A stretch of 64,000 nucleotides of DNA from an uncultured Candidatus Saccharibacteria bacterium. Lineage in GTDB: Bacteria > Patescibacteriota > Saccharimonadia > Saccharimonadales > AWTP1-31. The position numbers were made by a program, and so were the translations under genes. Within the stretch, counting starts at the first letter, position 1. Every line of letters starts with the position of its first letter. The notes under the pieces were generated by a model, which saw only the letters and a program-made list of their open reading frames with translations, was not told the DNA's origin and did no database searches. The stretch is taken from the NCBI GenBank assembly GCA_964409615.1, contig CAYPDT010000001.1:142629-206628 (forward strand). The letters run 5' to 3'. This document shows positions 61,748 through 64,000 of the stretch, in pieces.

Positions 61748-62935
61748 TTACTCGCCCGTAGCGCTTTTGGCGACGCGCAAAAGTGGCATAAGGGCTGCAT
61801 TATCGCTCACCCAAGAGTTATATTCCCAACCCTGGTCAGCTGGTGCAACTGAGTTGGCATCCATATATATAACTGGCCAGTCGCCCCCTGCATAATCGCC
61901 TACGTAGGCACCGTACGTTTGTAGTGCGTCAAATAGCATATTGCCGAATTTGGAAAGCCCCGGTGGTTTGCTGACTCCAGGTGGAATACCGAGCTTTGCA
62001 CCCATGATTATCGGACCACAGCCAGGCCCGTTATCCCAAAATGTCGCGATAGATTGATCCCACTTGGGCGTATTGCGTGTACCACTACAACTTGCGTACA
62101 GTGTTTTATCACCCAGAGCGATGGCCACAGCATGATCAATTTTGTTATTGGCAAAATCACGGCCGGTAATCATGCCAGCTAACCATGACATATTGCCTGC
62201 TCTAGTACCCATATTAGCGGTGCTCGACATCGAGCTGTAGCCGACATCCGTGCGGATATCTCCGATAGCATACCCAGGGTAGCTTTGGGTCACTGTTCGT
62301 GTAGTTTGGTTAACTACTGCTTGGTAAACTTCGTAATATTTTCCACCACTTATCAAAAGCAGTACGTGATCACCATCGTTAGTATCTACGGCTAGGTTTG
62401 CTGGAGCCTTTACCGTGACAGTGATATCTGGTCGCTCACGACGAGCATTAACATCGTGCGGTGAAACTAGTTTGAGTGTCCAGGTTGGATCAGTGTCTTT
62501 GGCTGACCATATCGGATGTCCGGGGTGAACATACCAGCGCCGGACAGCTCCTGCTGCATAGTAATAATCGCCCGGCACGAGATTATTGAGTACCGGCTGA
62601 GAAAACCACTGGGTAGTACTTGGGGTAGGTGTATTGAATAATGAATTATTAGCAAAAGGTCGGTTGAGCGCTGGGTCCCAATAGCCAGTATTTGAGGTGC
62701 TCGGCGCCTGGAACTGTACATACCCGGCCGATGAACCATTACCAGCTAAGGTGCGGGCGCCGCTCACCGTGCCGTTCTCGGCTTCAAGACTAGCCACCGG
62801 AGTTGCGGCTTTAGAAACGATAAACAACACGGCGCCAACTATCATGATAGATGAAATGATAAAACCCGCGCGAAATCGTTCGCTGTGTCGAGATGCAAAA
62901 CGCTGCAAGGCAAATAGTTTATTTTGTTTTTTCAT
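61748..62935 (-). CDS. Secreted/anchored hypothetical protein (395 aa)
   Basis: N-terminal anchor plus the ATPVASLEAENG module shared with the DUF1996 paralogs. The remainder is unrecognised. Confidence 0.55.
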   Translation of the reverse strand: MKKQNKLFALQRFASRHSERFRAGFIISSIMIVGAVLFIVSKAATPVASLEAENGTVSGARTLAGNGSSAGYVQFQAPSTSNTGYWDPALNRPFANNSLFNTPTPSTTQWFSQPVLNNLVPGDYYYAAGAVRRWYVHPGHPIWSAKDTDPTWTLKLVSPHDVNARRERPDITVTVKAPANLAVDTNDGDHVLLLISGGKYYEVYQAVVNQTTRTVTQSYPGYAIGDIRTDVGYSSMSSTANMGTRAGNMSWLAGMITGRDFANNKIDHAVAIALGDKTLYASCSGTRNTPKWDQSIATFWDNGPGCGPIIMGAKLGIPPGVSKPPGLSKFGNMLFDALQTYGAYVGDYAGGDWPVIYMDANSVAPADQGWEYNSWVSDNAALMPLLRVAKSATGE

Positions 62936-62987
62936 AGTGTATATGTTTAGTATAGCAAGGACTTGATTGTAGGTGTGGAGTCACATT

Positions 62988-64000
62988 TTATTGTGCTGAA
63001 GCACAACCACTAGATGCCACCGAACCGGTAAACCTATTTACTGCTGGGAGCGGATGTGTAAGATCCCAGAAACGCTTGCCTGCTGGGGCTAGTTTACTAG
63101 CCGCATTACCAGTTGTAACCGTCCAGGGCGAAGACTTATCTTTGGTGAGCGAGTAGACAATGCCCTGATTTGAATCACCGGTAGCAATCCACCAAATTAA
63201 CCCGTAACCATTGGAGGGACCATAACTCAGGACAGCATTAGCGCCAATGCGATTCTGCTCTGGGTTGCCTGCTACACCAGGTACTGTTGGGTCGCTAGCC
63301 ATCAATGGGCTGCCGTCGGCTTTGAGTGGATCTCCGAACTCACCGACAACAAGTGCAATGTTCTTGCTGGCTACTCGATTGATGTATTGTTGGTGCTTAG
63401 CATCATTGCCATAGCCATTTATAAAGCCGTAAGCATGCCAGTCGTACAGCACGTTGCATTTACCAGCCCCAAAAGTAGTGGCCAGATTGCCATCGGCCAG
63501 TGTTTCAATCTGATTACCCAACCCCGCAAGATCAGCTACAAACATCATATCAGGCGCAAGCGCACGAACATCGTTATATAGGCTTTGGTTCAAGGATGTC
63601 CAAGCACCTTGGCTTGAGATAGGCTCGTTGAATGTATTCATCCATACATAAGGGTTATCTTTGTATTTTTGAGCGATGGTCTTAATCATCGGCAACGAAG
63701 CCTGTATCTGGCCGCTATTATATGCATAATCTGTTCCAACGGTCACCCGACACGTTACCATAACCACTATCTTTTTTGCTGTGTACTCATTCACGAGTTG
63801 GTCAAGCCCAGTCAATGTCTCATCTACACTGGGGCTGCCTGTGGGTGCGCAGTTGATATTTGGACGAATAGTATTCCAACCCCAAGCTCGAACTTGCTCA
63901 CTTTTATCGTTAGCTGTACCAAAATAGTTAAATATATAATTATTCTCAAGATACGGCGCCTGGCGCATGCCAACATTGGCGCCAATTGGCAAGAAGATAT
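62988..64000 (-). CDS. Glycoside hydrolase family 5 (cellulase/mannanase-like); the N-terminus lies beyond the window end
   Basis: Acid/base motif MNTFNEP and nucleophile motif LVVGEFG. The reading frame stays open to position 64000. Confidence 0.7.
   Translation of the reverse strand, partial: IFLPIGANVGMRQAPYLENNYIFNYFGTANDKSEQVRAWGWNTIRPNINCAPTGSPSVDETLTGLDQLVNEYTAKKIVVMVTCRVTVGTDYAYNSGQIQASLPMIKTIAQKYKDNPYVWMNTFNEPISSQGAWTSLNQSLYNDVRALAPDMMFVADLAGLGNQIETLADGNLATTFGAGKCNVLYDWHAYGFINGYGNDAKHQQYINRVASKNIALVVGEFGDPLKADGSPLMASDPTVPGVAGNPEQNRIGANAVLSYGPSNGYGLIWWIATGDSNQGIVYSLTKDKSSPWTVTTGNAASKLAPAGKRFWDLTHPLPAVNRFTGSVASSGCASAQ

Noticed and set aside
1-64000. Alternative genetic code (UGA recoding, as in some candidate phyla), prophage, integrative element or transposon content
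   Set aside because: Long uninterrupted ORFs with recognisable full-length housekeeping proteins are obtained with the standard code. I found no integrase, transposase, phage structural genes, att-like direct repeats flanking a block, or tRNA integration site.

Overview
This is a densely packed 64-kb chromosomal window with about 61 protein genes, many overlapping by 4-50 nt. ORFs stay intact under the standard bacterial code. I found one tmRNA and no rRNA, tRNA, CRISPR array, integrase or transposase. The gene content suggests a small-genome Patescibacteria/Saccharibacteria-type organism, but that is inference only. It includes truncated AlaRS and MetRS, a LysM-CHAP hydrolase, salvage-type metabolism, and many small hypothetical membrane or secreted proteins.

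Layout:
- 1-4.5 kb: partial trhO and a tandem ABC exporter pair.
- 4.6-34.7 kb: an almost entirely minus-strand housekeeping block (rplY, uvrA, sbcB, class II photolyase, obg, mltG, ruvX, ftsA-like, alaS, mnmA, cysteine desulfurase, tatD, nadD), interspersed with hypotheticals.
- 34.1-46.6 kb: an NAD-metabolism island (nadD, Gln-nadE, NrtR-like regulator, racemase, two unusual fusion proteins, histidine phosphatase, pncA, pncB, NUDT9-like Nudix, kinase-fold protein).
- 46.6-64 kb: metG, a PRTase, DUF1996 paralogs, trehalase, PspC, ssrA, a TPM/coiled-coil protein, a marR plus two-MFS operon, and a cluster of secreted glycan-active proteins that runs off the window end.

Main leads:
1. A translationally coupled racemase / NadE-like-2OG-oxygenase / NMNAT-PRTase module inside the NAD island. 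It looks like a second, fused pyridine-nucleotide-type pathway of unknown product.
2. A family of five near-identical 19-27-nt intergenic palindromes (core CCAAGGTC-S-GACCTTGG), all in the first 31 kb.
3. Operator-like dyads and TACTTAGTGT repeats in the NAD-island promoters, next to an NrtR-like regulator with a degenerate Nudix box.
4. A tmRNA with a non-canonical T-loop.
5. A leader RNA with mutually exclusive pairings that occlude the Shine-Dalgarno of a CAP-domain gene.

All functional calls rest on motifs I read in the translations. No database search was possible.
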